Shown piece after piece: positions 12,113 through 23,947 of a DNA stretch of 64,000 bases. This DNA comes from Mobula hypostoma. Its lineage: Eukaryota. A program made the position numbers and the translations under genes. The stretch's first letter is position 1, and each line of letters begins with the position of its first letter. Location: NCBI RefSeq assembly GCF_963921235.1, contig NC_086097.1, positions 170,626,001 to 170,690,000 of the forward strand, given 5' to 3'. The notes under the pieces were generated by a model. It was not told the origin of the DNA and ran no database searches. It saw nothing but the letters and a program-made list of their open reading frames with translations.

Positions 12113-13120
12113 GTCTGTGACCTAGATGTAAATATACAAAGGGGAAATAAATTGCAGAAAAACCATGACCATAAACTTGATTCTAACCCGATCATTCTGC
12201 AAATCTAACCTTGCCAGTTACATTGTGAAAAGCAACCGAGTGTTCTTCATTCTGTGATGTTGAAGTGCCTCAAAATAATCTTTCTGTAGGCATGGAATTG
12301 TTATCATCTTCTGCAAAGGTGCTGCAGAATCCAGTAGGGAGTTTTGAATTCAAACTTCTGCCTCTCCACAATTCAACATCAATTTTCAATATCAAGGGAG
12401 GCTTTCTCGAAGTTGCAAGTGTCCATTCAATCCCTACACATCCCAGCACCCAGCTGAGAAACACTCCTCTTCCACCACTCTGATCCTGCTCATCAATTAT
12501 TCCCATGCAGCGCAGAAGTTGGTGGCTCTGTCATGTTCAACTGCAAATAACTGTGAGACTTATGGAACTCTGCGCAGGTGATCAATGACAGAGCAGCCAG
12601 CCATAAATCTAAAACAAGAGCTGAAGCAATCAAAGGGAATTGATTCTCACCAGTTACATGTCTTCACAGATGCTCTTCCAACAGTCAGCTGTCATGAAGC
12701 GCAAGCGCAGATTATCAAACCTAGAAACATTGACTATGGAGTAGGAATGGATGGTTGGCAACTGTCCTTGAGTTAGACTCAAATTGGCATAGTGTTGACA
12801 ATGTTGTACAGTACCTTGAAACTAAATACTTCAAAAACTGAACACAAGGGATTCTGCAGAGCAACACAAACAAAATGCTGGAGGAAATCAACAGGTCAGG
12901 CAGCATCCATGGAAATGAATAAACAGTCAATGTTTCGGGCTACGACCTTTTAACAAGACTGGAAAGGAAGGAGGAAGATGCCAGAGTAAAAAGGTGGGTG
13001 GAGTGTAAGCTAGGAGTGATAGATGAAGCTAGGTGGGTGAAAAAGGGAAAGGACTGGAAAAGAGGGAATCTGATCCACAGACACAGGCAGAAAGTGCCAC
13101 AAATATTCAGCAGGGCAGTT

Positions 13121-14056
13121 AACACAAAATCTGCAGATGCTAGGGTCAAAGCAACACTCACAACACGCTGGAGGAATTCAGCAGGTTGGGCAGCATCCGT
13201 GGAAAAGTTCAGTCGATGTTTTAGGCCAGAACTCTTCGTCAGGACTGTAGAGGGAAGGGGCAGAGGCCCTATAAAGAAGGTGGGGGGAGGGTGGGAAGGA
13301 GAAGGCTGGTAGGTTCCAGGTGAAAAACCAGTAAGGGGAAAGATAAAGGGGTGGGGGAAGGAAGGCAGAGAGGTGATAGGCAGAGCTTTGTCGAGCACCT
13401 CCGCTCCGTCCGCCACAACATCTATTGCATCCAGTGCTCCCAGTGCGGCCTCCTCTACATCGGTGAAACCCGACGCAGATTGGTGGACTGCTTCGCCGAG
13501 CACCTTTGCTCCGTCCGCCAAAACAGACAAGATCTCCCAGTAGCCGCCCACTTCCACTCTGCTTCCCACTCCCATTCAGATATGTCCATACATGGCCTCC
13601 TCTACAGCCATAATGAGGCTAAACTCAGGTTGGAGGAGCAACACCTCATATACCGTCTAGATAGTCTCCAGCCCCTTGATATGAACATAGAATTCTCCAA
13701 CTTCTGGTAATTCCCTCCCTCCCTCTATCCCTATTTCACTCTGCCCCCTCCCCCCCAGCTGCCTATCACCGCCCTCATAGTTCCGCCTCCTTCTACTACC
13801 CATTGTGTTTTCCCCTATTCTTTCTTCACCTTTCCTGCCTATCACCTCTCTGCCTCCCTTCCCCCACCCCTTTATCTTTCCCCTCACCTGGAACCTATCA
13901 GCCTTCTCCTTCCCACCCTCCCCCCACCTTCTTTATAGGGCCTCTGCCCCTTCCCCCTACAGTCCTGACAAAGGGTTCCGACCCAAAACGTCGACCGATC
14001 TTTTCCACGGATGCTGCCTGACCTGCTGAGTTCCTCCAGTGTGTGGTAAGTGTTGC
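13121..14056. mobile_element. PLE inverted pair (minus arm 13121-13384, plus arm with GIY-YIG 13385-14056)
   Basis: ORF 13351-13710 IYCIQCSQCGLLYIGETRRRL...LEEQHLIYRL. Hammerhead-like motifs at 13211-13247(-) and 13961-13996(+). Imperfect 15-bp TSD TTCAGCAGG(G/T)CAG(T/G)T at 13106-13120 and 14057-14071. Confidence 0.88.
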
Positions 14057-14709
14057 TTCAGCAGGTCAGGTAGCATTTGCGGGAAGAGAAATGGAGTTAA
14101 TATTTCAGGTTGTAGTCACTGCATCATTACAAAGAAATGTTCAAAATTGAATGAGTTTTGAGTTGAAACAAAGAAACCTGGAGAGAATAAAGGAAAAGGA
14201 GGCAGAAGAGACTATAGAAATCTGGAGCAAAACACTGCTGGAAGAACTCAGCAGGTCAGCATCAACTGTCGAGGCAAAAGGATGGTCAATATTTTAGATC
14301 CTAAACCTGCTTCAGGTCAGGGAATAAAGGGAGATAGTCTGAATGGCAGTAGTGATTATAGAAATGCCTTCTCACAAAGGCTGGTGAAGCTTTGGAAGTC
14401 TTTGACCCAGTGTGTGGTGGAAATTGGATCATCAGAAGGCAAATTGGAGCTTAGTAACTATTTGATTGATCAAGGAATGGAACAGTACAAAGAAATGATA
14501 CCGGAGAAGAACTGAGGCCATCGCAGATCAGCTGCAATCATATTAAATGGTGAAGCAGGCTTGAAAGGGCTGAAGCTCTGCTGCTGCTCCTACTTCTTGT
14601 GTTCTTGGTAATGGGGCTTTTAGAGAGAGGGAAGTATGTGGAGCCAGTGTGAATAGGAAGGGAAAAATTAATTCTGAATTATCTGAGGAGGGGGAGGGAA
14701 AAAATAAAG

Positions 14710-15065
14710 CTGGGATTGTGTAGCTGGTAGAGCCTTTGCCTCACACAGCCAGAGACCTGGGTTCAATCCTGGCCTTGGGTGCTATCTGTGTGGAGTTTGC
14801 AAGCTCTCTTAGTGACCTTGTGTGTTTCCTCCTGTTGCTGCAGTTTCCTCAAGCATCCCAAAGATGTGCAGGTTGGGAGGTTAGTTGGTCACTGTAAATT
14901 GTCCCTAATTTGACAGTGAGAGATGCAGTCTAGGGACAGCTGATGAAAATGTGGGAAAGATTTAAAATGGGGTTAATTTAGGATTAGTGTAAATGAGTGG
15001 TTGTTTGTCAGTACTGATTTGTTGGGTTGAAGAGCCTGCTTCTGTGCTCTAACTTTCCATGATTC
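14710..15065 (+). mobile_element. tRNA-derived V-SINE (HE1-like) with CR1-like tail
   Basis: A-box-like TAGCTGGTAGAG, B-box GGTTCAATCC (14760-14769), conserved body, and tail GTTGAAGAGCCTGCTTCTGTGCT resembling the CR1 3' end. Confidence 0.75.
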
Positions 15066-15664
15066 TAAGAACAGACTAGCTGGTTTACTGAAATGATTGA
15101 ATTTCTGGTGAATCTTGATGACTGTTACATGCAGTTGGAAGGAAAGTTATTATGTCTTGAGTATAAGCAGGACATTGTTGGTACAGTGTAGGGAACCAAA
15201 GGCAAAATGGTTGGAGTAGGAGCTGCTGTTACTATTATGCCAGTGTAAGGACGATATGGTAGCATAGCAGTTAGTGTAATGTTTTATAGCACCAGCAATC
15301 GGGGGTTCAGTTCCTGCTGCTGTCCGAAAGGAATCTGAATGTTCTCCACTTGTTTCCTCTGGGTGGTCTAGATTTCTTCCACTTTTTAAACAGGTAAAGG
15401 TGAGTAAGTTGTGGGCATGCTATGTTGCACTGGAAGCAGGGTAAAACACTTGCAGTCTGCTCCGCCATATCCTCGGACTGTATTGATAATGCATTTCACT
15501 ATATGCATTCCCCCCATTTCAGTGTTTCAATATACATGTGGCTAATAAAGCCAATAGTTAAAGTAATTCTGAGTGTTTTAGAGATGGGGTGCCACTTATC
15601 CTTAAGCCAGTTGAGGTCTGTGAGCAAAGAATCACAGGTAAGTGGAACAGTGTGATAGGTTTCA

Positions 15665-16180
15665 TTTATACATTGCGGCTTGGCATGGCAACAGCTCTGC
15701 CTGAGACAGGAAGAAAGTTGTGGACACAGCTCAGCACTTCTTTGAAACTAGCCTCCCTTCTGTTGACTGTGTCTACACATCTCAATGCCTTGATAAAGCA
15801 GCCAACATAATCAAAGGCCCCACCCACCCCGGGCATACCCTTTTCTACCCTCTCCCGTAGGGCAGAAGATACAAAAGCCCGAAAGCACGTACAGCCACCG
15901 GGCGCAAGGACAGCTATCCCACAGTTGTAACACTATTGAACCGACCTCAACGGGGTCATCATCTCACAATCTGTCTTGTCATGCACGTTGCATCTTATTA
16001 TTTGCCTGCACTGCACATCCCTGTAACATCTTTGAAATTCTCTTACTGGTTTTCCCATGTACTACCTCGATTTACTGATGTGATGAAATGATCTGTCAGG
16101 ATGCCATTCAAAACAAAATTTTGACTGTACCTCGACGCATGTGACATAATAATAAACCAATCTACTAATTTACCATTTAC
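15665..16180 (+). mobile_element. Rex1/Babar LINE 3' fragment
   Basis: Matches the other copies (GCAGCCAACATAATCAAAG...GGGCAGAAGATACAAAAGC...ACATAATAATAAACCAAT tail). Confidence 0.75.
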
Positions 16181-16564
16181 CAACTTAGAAATCACTGGCA
16201 CTGCTGACATTTTTTGCCCATTCATTATTACCCCTAAATAAATAAAATGGGGTCTGTGTAAGATTGGTGCAAGTGGGCGCTTTTGTCAGTGTGGACTTGA
16301 TTGTTTGAAGTGCCTCTTCCTTCCCTGTGTGATTCCATGCTTCAGTAAATGAAGGAGAAAGGTAAAGGAAGCCACATTGGGACAGAAGCCACAGAGAGTT
16401 GGTCATACATGGCAAGGACAGTGTCTGCAGGCCATTAGAGCTGACTACCTGATGAGTTGATACAACAGTTTAATTGTTTTGCAGTAACCACTAGAGGCGG
16501 CCTTGTGTTACAGGGTTAATAGATTAAAGTCTGCATCACAATTTTCCATAATGCAAACTTGCTT

Positions 16565-17310
16565 CATAAGACCATAAGATATAGGAACAAAATTAGGCCA
16601 CTTGGCCCATTGTCTTCTCCGCCATTTCATCATGGCTGATCCAATGTTCCTCTCAGTCCCAGTCCCCTGCCTTTTCTTTGTATCATTTCATGCTCTATCA
16701 ACCTCTGCAAGAATCTTTCATCCTTTGCCTTACATATACATAAAGACTTGGCCTCCACAGCTGCCCGTGACAACAAATTCCACAAATTCACCACTCTCTG
16801 GCTAAAGAAGTTCCTCCTCATCTCCGATTTAAAAGGATGCCACTCTATTCTGAGGCTGTGTCCTCTGGTCTTAGACTCTTCCACCATAGGAAACATCCTT
16901 TCCACATCCACTCTATCAGGCCTTTCACCATACAATAGGTTTCAATTAGGTCACCCTTCATTCTTCTGAATTCCAGTAAATACATGCCCAGAGCCATCAA
17001 ACAGTTTTCATATGACAAGCTGTTTAATCCTGGAATCATTTTCGTGAACCACCTTTGAACCCTCTCCAATTTCAGAAAATTTTTCCTAAGATAAGGGGCC
17101 CAAAATCGGTCACAGTATCCAAGTGAGGCCTCATTAGTGCCTTATAAAGTATCAACATTATATCCTTCCTTTTATATTTTAATCCTCTTGAAATGAATTT
17201 TAACATTGCATTTACCTTCCTCACCACCAACTCAACCTGCACAGGGACTCCCAAATCCCTTTAGGCCTCAGATTTTTATATTTTCTCTCCATTTAGAAAT
17301 TGGTCGACCC
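16565..17310 (-). mobile_element. CR1 LINE 3' fragment
   Basis: Minus-strand ORFs LYKALMRPHL, ERVQRWFTKMIPGL, RGHSLRI...RRNFFSQRVVNLWN. Confidence 0.85.
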
Positions 17311-18074
17311 TTCCACTTATGAATGCGTTTTGAAATACGAGTAAAAAAAAGGTTTATTCATTTACTCTTTTTTATCTGCATAGGCTTTGCAATAGGAAAA
17401 TTTTATTCCATATCCCGGATTTTTGAGTAATGGTTTATCACCATTAAGCCTCCCAGCCTCTCCTGCATGGATTCTGTCTACATTTCTCACTGCTTCAGTA
17501 AATCAGGCAGCATAATCAAAGACCCTTCACACCCCAGACATCCTCTCCTCTCCTGCCCTCCCATCGAGAAGAATATGAAAAAAGCTGAAGCATGTACCAA
17601 TAGATTCAAGGACAGATTCTATACTGTTGTTAGAAGACCATGGAATGGTCCATATTGCTATAAAATAGACTCTTGACCTCTATTTTGTGACAATAATAAA
17701 CCAAATTATCAATTCTAGCATCCATGTACACCAACCCGACACTAAACACATTTTATTCTGCAAACATTTCCATCAACTTCCCTGGAATCCTCCAATTACC
17801 CTCATACTAAAGACCATAAGGCCACAAGACATAGTAGCAGAATTAGCCATTTGGCCCATCGAGTCCGCTCCGCCATTCAATCATGGGTGATTTTTTTTTA
17901 TATATATAAGACTAAACTAAAGACAGTGTTCAATGGCTAATTAACACCTTTGTGATGTGGAAGGAAACCAGAAGTGCAGACAGAGGGTGGGATTGAACCT
18001 GAGTTACAGGAGTCGTGAGGGAACAGCTCCACCAGCTGTACCACTCTGCCACCCAGTTCAAACTTGTGCCCCGA

Positions 18075-18500
18075 CAAATCAGAATCAGAAGCTGGTTTAT
18101 TATCAGTGAGTACTTGATGCAAAATTTGTTGTTTTTGTGCCAACAACACAGTGCAAGACATCAAAAATACACGTTACAATAAAAAAACATATCGTGCAAA
18201 AGTCAAGTAGAGTGGAGAAGTAGAAAAGAGGAATAGTGTTCATGGACCATTCAGAAATCTGATGGCAGAAGACAAGAAGCTGTTCCTGAAATGTTGAATG
18301 TGAACCTTCAGGCTCTTGTACCTCTTCCCCAATGGTATTAATGAGAAGAGGGCAAGTCCCGTGTGGTGAGGGCCCTTAATGACGGATGCTGCCATCTTGA
18401 GGCACCGGCTTTTGAAGATGTCTTCAGTGGTGTTGAGGGTTGTAGCCATGATGGGGATGGCTGAACCTGCAGCCCTCTGCAGCTTCTTGCAATCTGTATG
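18075..18500 (-). mobile_element. Rex1/Babar LINE 3' fragment
   Basis: RCLKMAASVIKGPHHTGLALFSLIPLGKRYKSLK...FRNSFLSSAIRFLN. Confidence 0.8.
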
Positions 18501-19159
18501 TGGAGCAAAACTCGCAATATTTCTTGACCCCTTACACTACCTGACTCCAGTGCCACCTCTGGTAACGATGATACTGTTAGCTTCACCACCAGTTATCTCT
18601 TTAAAGGCTAACATTAATGCTTCATTCCCCTCGTTGGTTGACATATTTTAGTTGACAGGACTTGAGCTGTGAGTTTCGTTTGCTACATAAAGAACAACTG
18701 CACCCGATAAACTCTTCGCAATTGTGCAGGAATTCAATTTATTTCAGGATTAGCAGACTCTCTGTGGCATGCTATCTTTCACAGCATACACAAATATATT
18801 GAGCAGGGTGCCTATTATAACACAGTCCTTTAATGTCCTTTCATTTTTTGGGAGTCATGCAAAATGTATATCATTTTCAAAGCATACCAAAGCTCTTTAT
18901 CATCAGAAGGTAATTTGCAGCTAGTACAGCAGTCAAAACCGTAATCTCAGTGCAAAGAGAATTCATCAAAGGTTCAGCTCCCCCACATGCTTCTTCTTCA
19001 GATGGGATGATCAGAGAACACACTATGATGAATAGATAATTTGTGATGTGGATTCTACACAGGACTTGCACTGAATTATACCTAATACTTATCTCCAAAC
19101 AAGGCTATTCACACCAAAAGAGCCTATGCTAGGGTTTATAATTGAGGCTGTGTACTTTC

Positions 19160-20930
19160 ACCAGCTACAACCAGCCACATCTTCCCTACCCTCATCTCTT
19201 TCTGCTTTTCACAGGGACCATGCTCTCTGACTCATGCATTCCCACTCTTGCCTTCCTCTTTCCCAGGCACCGTTGGAAGTGCAACACCTGTCCCTGCACC
19301 TCCTCTCTCACTCCCCTCCAGGAACGTGAACAGCCCTTCCAGGAGAGGAGGATATTTACCTGCAACTTCTCTGATGTGGCTAGTTGAATCTGAACCTCCT
19401 GACATGGCTTCCTCTACACTGGTGAGATGAGATGGAGACTAGACGATCCTTTTGCCGAGCATCTGTCGTTTATGATCCCAGAGGGCCTGCTTCTAAGGTG
19501 GGGTAGGGTGTCCGGCAAGGCAGATGTATGGGGATATTGATTTTTTGCACAGATTGTGGTGGTGGAGGCAGATACAATGGATAAGCACATGAACTTGCAG
19601 GAACTGGAAGGATATGGATATTATATAGGCAGAAGGAATTAGTTTAGTTAAGTGTGCACAACACTGTGGGCTGAAGGGCCTGTTCCCATACTGTATTGCT
19701 CCATGGCCTTCTGAAGCACCTAGTTGCTAGCCAGGATAAGGCTAAAAGCAAACTTATGGTATAGCACCTGTTACGAGAATACACATAAAATTAAGATGTT
19801 TGCTGGCCTGGGCTAGCATCAGTGGCATCAGCAGTTGGTCTGCCACCTGCCCTCAGGGGAAGGAGAGATAAGGAACAATGGAGCAGCGTCTGGAGATGTG
19901 TAATGAAGGGATGTGGGAGGAAGAGCTGTCTGGAGCGGCTCCCCCCTTTGAACCCTGAACTGTTTGAAGTGATGGACAGGCGATACCCCAGCAGGGGGAT
20001 AAAAAGGGACAGGTTCGCTAAGACAGACACACACGCCACCCGAGGTAACGAGACCCTGGAAGCGGTACGCTTCTCACGAGTGGGTGAGAAGTGCCAGACA
20101 ACGACCAGGGTGGAAAGGTACGATCAGCGGGAACCCGGTGTGTGTCCGCCCTTGCCTGGGTGCCGGGTTCACTGCAGAGGATCGACCGCATCTGGAGGAG
20201 GGGTCACAGTCGGTGACCTCAGGTGACATCACTAAGGACCCGCCCAAATGCTGTTTGTGAGCCATCTCGCTGGTCTGTGAGTGAAGCCGTTCTGAATGAT
20301 CAGTTGTTCCTATTCTATGTCTCTCTTCCCCCACCTTGTCCATCGCCATGGCAACGATTACTGCGAACTGAACTACAAACTGGACTGAACTTTGAGTCAT
20401 TTTGAAATTGGTCATTTAACCCCTAGACAACGATAGAGCTTGATTGATGCTGTTATCTTAATTCTGTGCACATGTGTGGTTATCATTGTTGAATTGTTGC
20501 ATTTATTATCCTTTCGATTACTGTGTTGCTTGTTTCTTTAATAAAACTTTCTTAGTTCTAGTACTCCAGACTCCAACTGAGTGATCCATTTCTGCTGGTT
20601 TGGCAACCCAGTTACGGGGTACGTAACACACCTCAAATTCTGTCTGGGTAGTCGACAACCTGACAGCTCAAGCATTGAATTCCCCAAATGCAGGTGAACT
20701 GCTTCTCCTCAATCCCTTTTCTCTCTTCTTTTTAATCCTTTTATACCCACCTAGCCGCCACCACCCTGTTTCTTTCCCTTTTTCCACCCACCATGTCCCA
20801 CACATTCCCCTCTCTCAGTCCCTTCCCCAGTGTTTCAATTTGTCCATACCACCAGCTCCTTCATTTCGTACCATTCCTTTCAAATCAGATTCTAACATCT
20901 GCAGTCCTTTGTCTTCTCCACATTCCCTGC
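19160..20930 (+). mobile_element. Degenerate PLE remnant interrupted by a CR1 3' end (about 19500-19705) and a solo LTR
   Basis: CNTCPCTSSL...PFQERRIFTC at 19.3 kb. The xHL|KFCLGSxQPD..IEF C-terminal segment is split across the LTR. Confidence 0.65.
19769..20628 (+). mobile_element. Solo LTR (860 bp)
   Basis: Ends TGTTACG...CGTAACA (TG..CA, 7-bp inverted termini). 4-bp TSD CACC at 19765-19768 and 20629-20632. AATAAA near 20540. Many CpGs retained. Confidence 0.88.
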
Positions 20931-21112
20931 CCTGTGAAAAAGATCATGACCGTTCACCTTATCTGTGCCCCTTGTGATTCTATAAACTTCTATAAAGTCA
21001 ACACCCAGCCTCGTCCGCTCCAGGAAAAGCAGTCCCACACTATCCAGTGCTGCTTCTTATACTGTAGCTTTTTTTCCCTGTAGCTCTTCCTCTTGCTTGG
21101 AAAATATAACTA

Positions 21113-21950
21113 CAGTGCCTATAAAAGGTATTTACCCCCTTTGGCAGTTTTCATGTTTTATTGTTTTACAACATTGGATCACAGTGGATTCAATTTCGCT
21201 TTTTTGACACTGATCAACAGAAAAGACTCTTTCATGTCAAAGTGAAAACAAACTTCTAAAAATTGGTCTAAATTTATTACAATTATTAAGCACAAAATAA
21301 TTGTTTGCATATTTACTCACCCCTTCAAGTCAGTACTTAGTAGATGCACCTTTGGAAGCAATTACAGCCTTGAGTCTGTGTGGATAGCTTGCTATCAGTT
21401 TTGCACGTCTGGACGCTGCAATTTTTCCCCATTCTTGTTTACAAAACTGCTCAAGCTCTGTCAAATTGCACGGGAATTGAGAGTGAACAGATCTTTCAAG
21501 TCCAGCCAGAAATTCTCAATTGGATTGAAGTCTGGACTCTGACTTGTCCATTGGCTTTGTGGTGTAGCTTTGCCAGGATACTGACGCACCAGCAGTTGGA
21601 CCTTCCAGACACGGATGTAATTTTACTATAATCAATTGAAACACCTCGACTGCACATGGTGATCTCCATTTGACTAATTATGTGACTTCTAAAAACAGTT
21701 GGGGGCACCAGTGATGATTTGGTGTGTCTTATTGAAGGGAGAGAATATTTAGGCAATCAATTATTCTGTGTTTTATATTTGAAATTAATTTAGATCACTT
21801 TGTTGAGATCTGTTTTCACTTTCATATGGAAGTTTTTTTCTGCTGATCAGTGTCAAAAAAAGCCAATCAAATCCACTGTGATTCAATGTTGTAAACCAAT
21901 AAAAATGAAAAGTTCCAAAGGGGTGGGGTGAATACTTTTTATGGGCACTG
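21113..21950. mobile_element. Non-autonomous Tc1/mariner element with long TIRs
   Basis: TA|CAGTGCCTATAAAAGGTATTTACCCC ... GGGGTGAATACTTTTTATGGGCACTG|TA. Inverted similarity extends about 200 bp. No transposase ORF. Confidence 0.9.
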
Positions 21951-22719
21951 TATTAAGGTTTAAAATCAAAATGGTGCAGCTGCTGTGAATTCTGCAACAG
22001 AACTGGAAAATTTAAAAAATACTTAGCAGGCAGCTAACTTTGTCTCTAATACTGTCTGATCTGAGTATTTTTGTTCATGTAGACATTTGCAGTAACTTTA
22101 AATCAAGTCATTAAAGGGATAATGAATGAACAGTCTTATTAACAATTGCTGTTTCAGGTTCTAACCTGAGATTCCAATGGGTTCATCAAACTCCACCGTT
22201 ATTCCTACTCTTGAACATGTCAAGGAACACTTCATATAGGAATGTGAAAAATACAGAAGTATTTTCAATTGTCCTGCTCTGGTGTGCAGGATCATGGAAG
22301 AATTAATGTAATTAATTAAGAAAATTATTTAATCTTGAAGAATATCATAGCCTGAGTCATTTCAGATGTACATTGGGTGTAGATTCTCAATATTCCCTCA
22401 GTGGGAAGGAGTTTAGGCAACTTTGTAAGTAGGTGAAGTGATGATGTTAGGGAGATCACAATGTAAAGAGTCAAACATTTAGGTCAGAGAAGAACTATTG
22501 GAATTCTCTACCTAGGAGACCAGCAGTGACTGACTCACTGTGTATACTCAGGAAATATGCCATAGATTCATAGCTGCCTTTCTAAAGCAGCTAAGAAAAT
22601 CAAAATTATCTCTTCTTCCCCCTCCTATCAGGCAGATGATACAAAAGCCTAAAAACACATCACCATCAGCCTTAAGGACAGCTTCTGTCTCATTGTTACA
22701 ACTGTCTCATAGTACTATA

Positions 22720-23030
22720 GTGTTGGTGCGTGGCCAAGTGGTTAAGGCGTCGGTCTAGTGATCTGAAGATCGCTAGTTCGAGCCTCAGCTGAGGCAGCGT
22801 ATTGTGTCCTTGAGCAAGGCACTTAACCACACATTGCTCTGAGATGACACCGGTGCCGAGCTGTATCGGCCCTCATGTCCTTCCCTTAGACAACATCGGT
22901 GGCATGGAGAGGGGAGACTTGCAGCATGGGCAACTGCTGATCTTCCATACAACCTTGCCCAGGCCTGCACCCTAGAAACCTTCCAAGGCGCAAATCCATG
23001 GTCTTACGATACTTACAGATGCCTATATAT
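22720..23030 (+). mobile_element. tRNA-derived CORE-type SINE inserted in a Rex 3' UTR
   Basis: A box TGGCCAAGTGG, B box AGTTCGAGCC, CORE-like GTGTCCTTGAGCAAGGCACTTAACC. TSD ATAGTACTATA at 22709-22719 and 23031-23041. Confidence 0.85.
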
Positions 23031-23204
23031 ATAGTACTATAAGACGGAGTCTTGGCCTCATAATCTATCTCGTCATGGCCTTGTACCTAATTGTTGTCCC
23101 TACCTTATTATTCTGCATTCTGTCATTGACCTCAATGTATGTTTGTGATGAATTAATCTGCATGGATGGCATACAAAATAAAGTTTGTCACTGTACTTCG
23201 GAAA

Positions 23205-23930
23205 ATGACCATGAAGCCATACGATATAGGAGCAGAATTAGGCCAATTAGCCCATCAAGCCTGCTCTACTATTTCTCTCCATTTAGAAAATGCTTTTATT
23301 TCTGCTACCAAAGTGCATGGCCATACTCATCCCAACTCTGCCACTTCTTTGCCTATTCTCCTGATCGTCTAAGTCCTTCTGCAGCCTCCCTGCTTCCTCA
23401 ACACTACCTGCCCCTTCACCTATTTTAAGATTGTCTGCAAACTTGGCCATAAAGCCATTAATTCTGTCAGACATATAACATAAAAAGGAGCAGTTCCACA
23501 CAGACCCCTGAGGAACATCAGTAGTCACTGGTAGCTAATCAGAGAAGGCATCCTTTATTCCCAGTCTTACCCTCCTGCCAATCAGCCAATGCTCTACCCA
23601 AGCTAGTATTATTTCTGTAATATACAAAGGACTTTTAACTTGTTAAGCAGCCCTTGTCAAAGACCTTCTGAAAATCCAAGTAAACAACAACCACCAATAC
23701 TTCTTTGTCTATCCTACTTGCTACTTCTTTAAAGAATTCCAACAGATTTGTCAGGCAAGATTTTCCCTTAAGGAAGCCGTGCTGACTTCTGCCTATTTTA
23801 TCATAAGCCTCCAAGTACCCCAAAGCCACATCCTTAACAATGAACTCCAACATCTTCACAACCATTGAGGTCAGACTAACTGGCCTATAATTTCCTTCCT
23901 TCTGCCTCTCTAACTTCTTGAAGAATGCCG
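23205..23930 (-). mobile_element. CR1 LINE, internally deleted, with RT remnants
   Basis: SQHGFLKGKSCLTNLLEFF...YLDFQKVFDK and VPQGSV...KFADNLKIG. Confidence 0.85.
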
Positions 23931-23947
23931 TGACAATTATAAACCAA

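Noticed and set aside
16488..16502. CTCF-like site CCACTAGAGGCGGCC
   Set aside because: Deviates from the core consensus in the GGGCGC part, and a single short match cannot be supported without a PWM scan or ChIP data.
19822..20415. ORFs of 113-134 aa as genes
   Set aside because: They lie inside the solo LTR, have no recognisable domain, and are expected by chance in GC-richer DNA.
22720..22800. tRNA gene
   Set aside because: A and B boxes are present, but the sequence continues into a SINE body and is bounded by a TSD.
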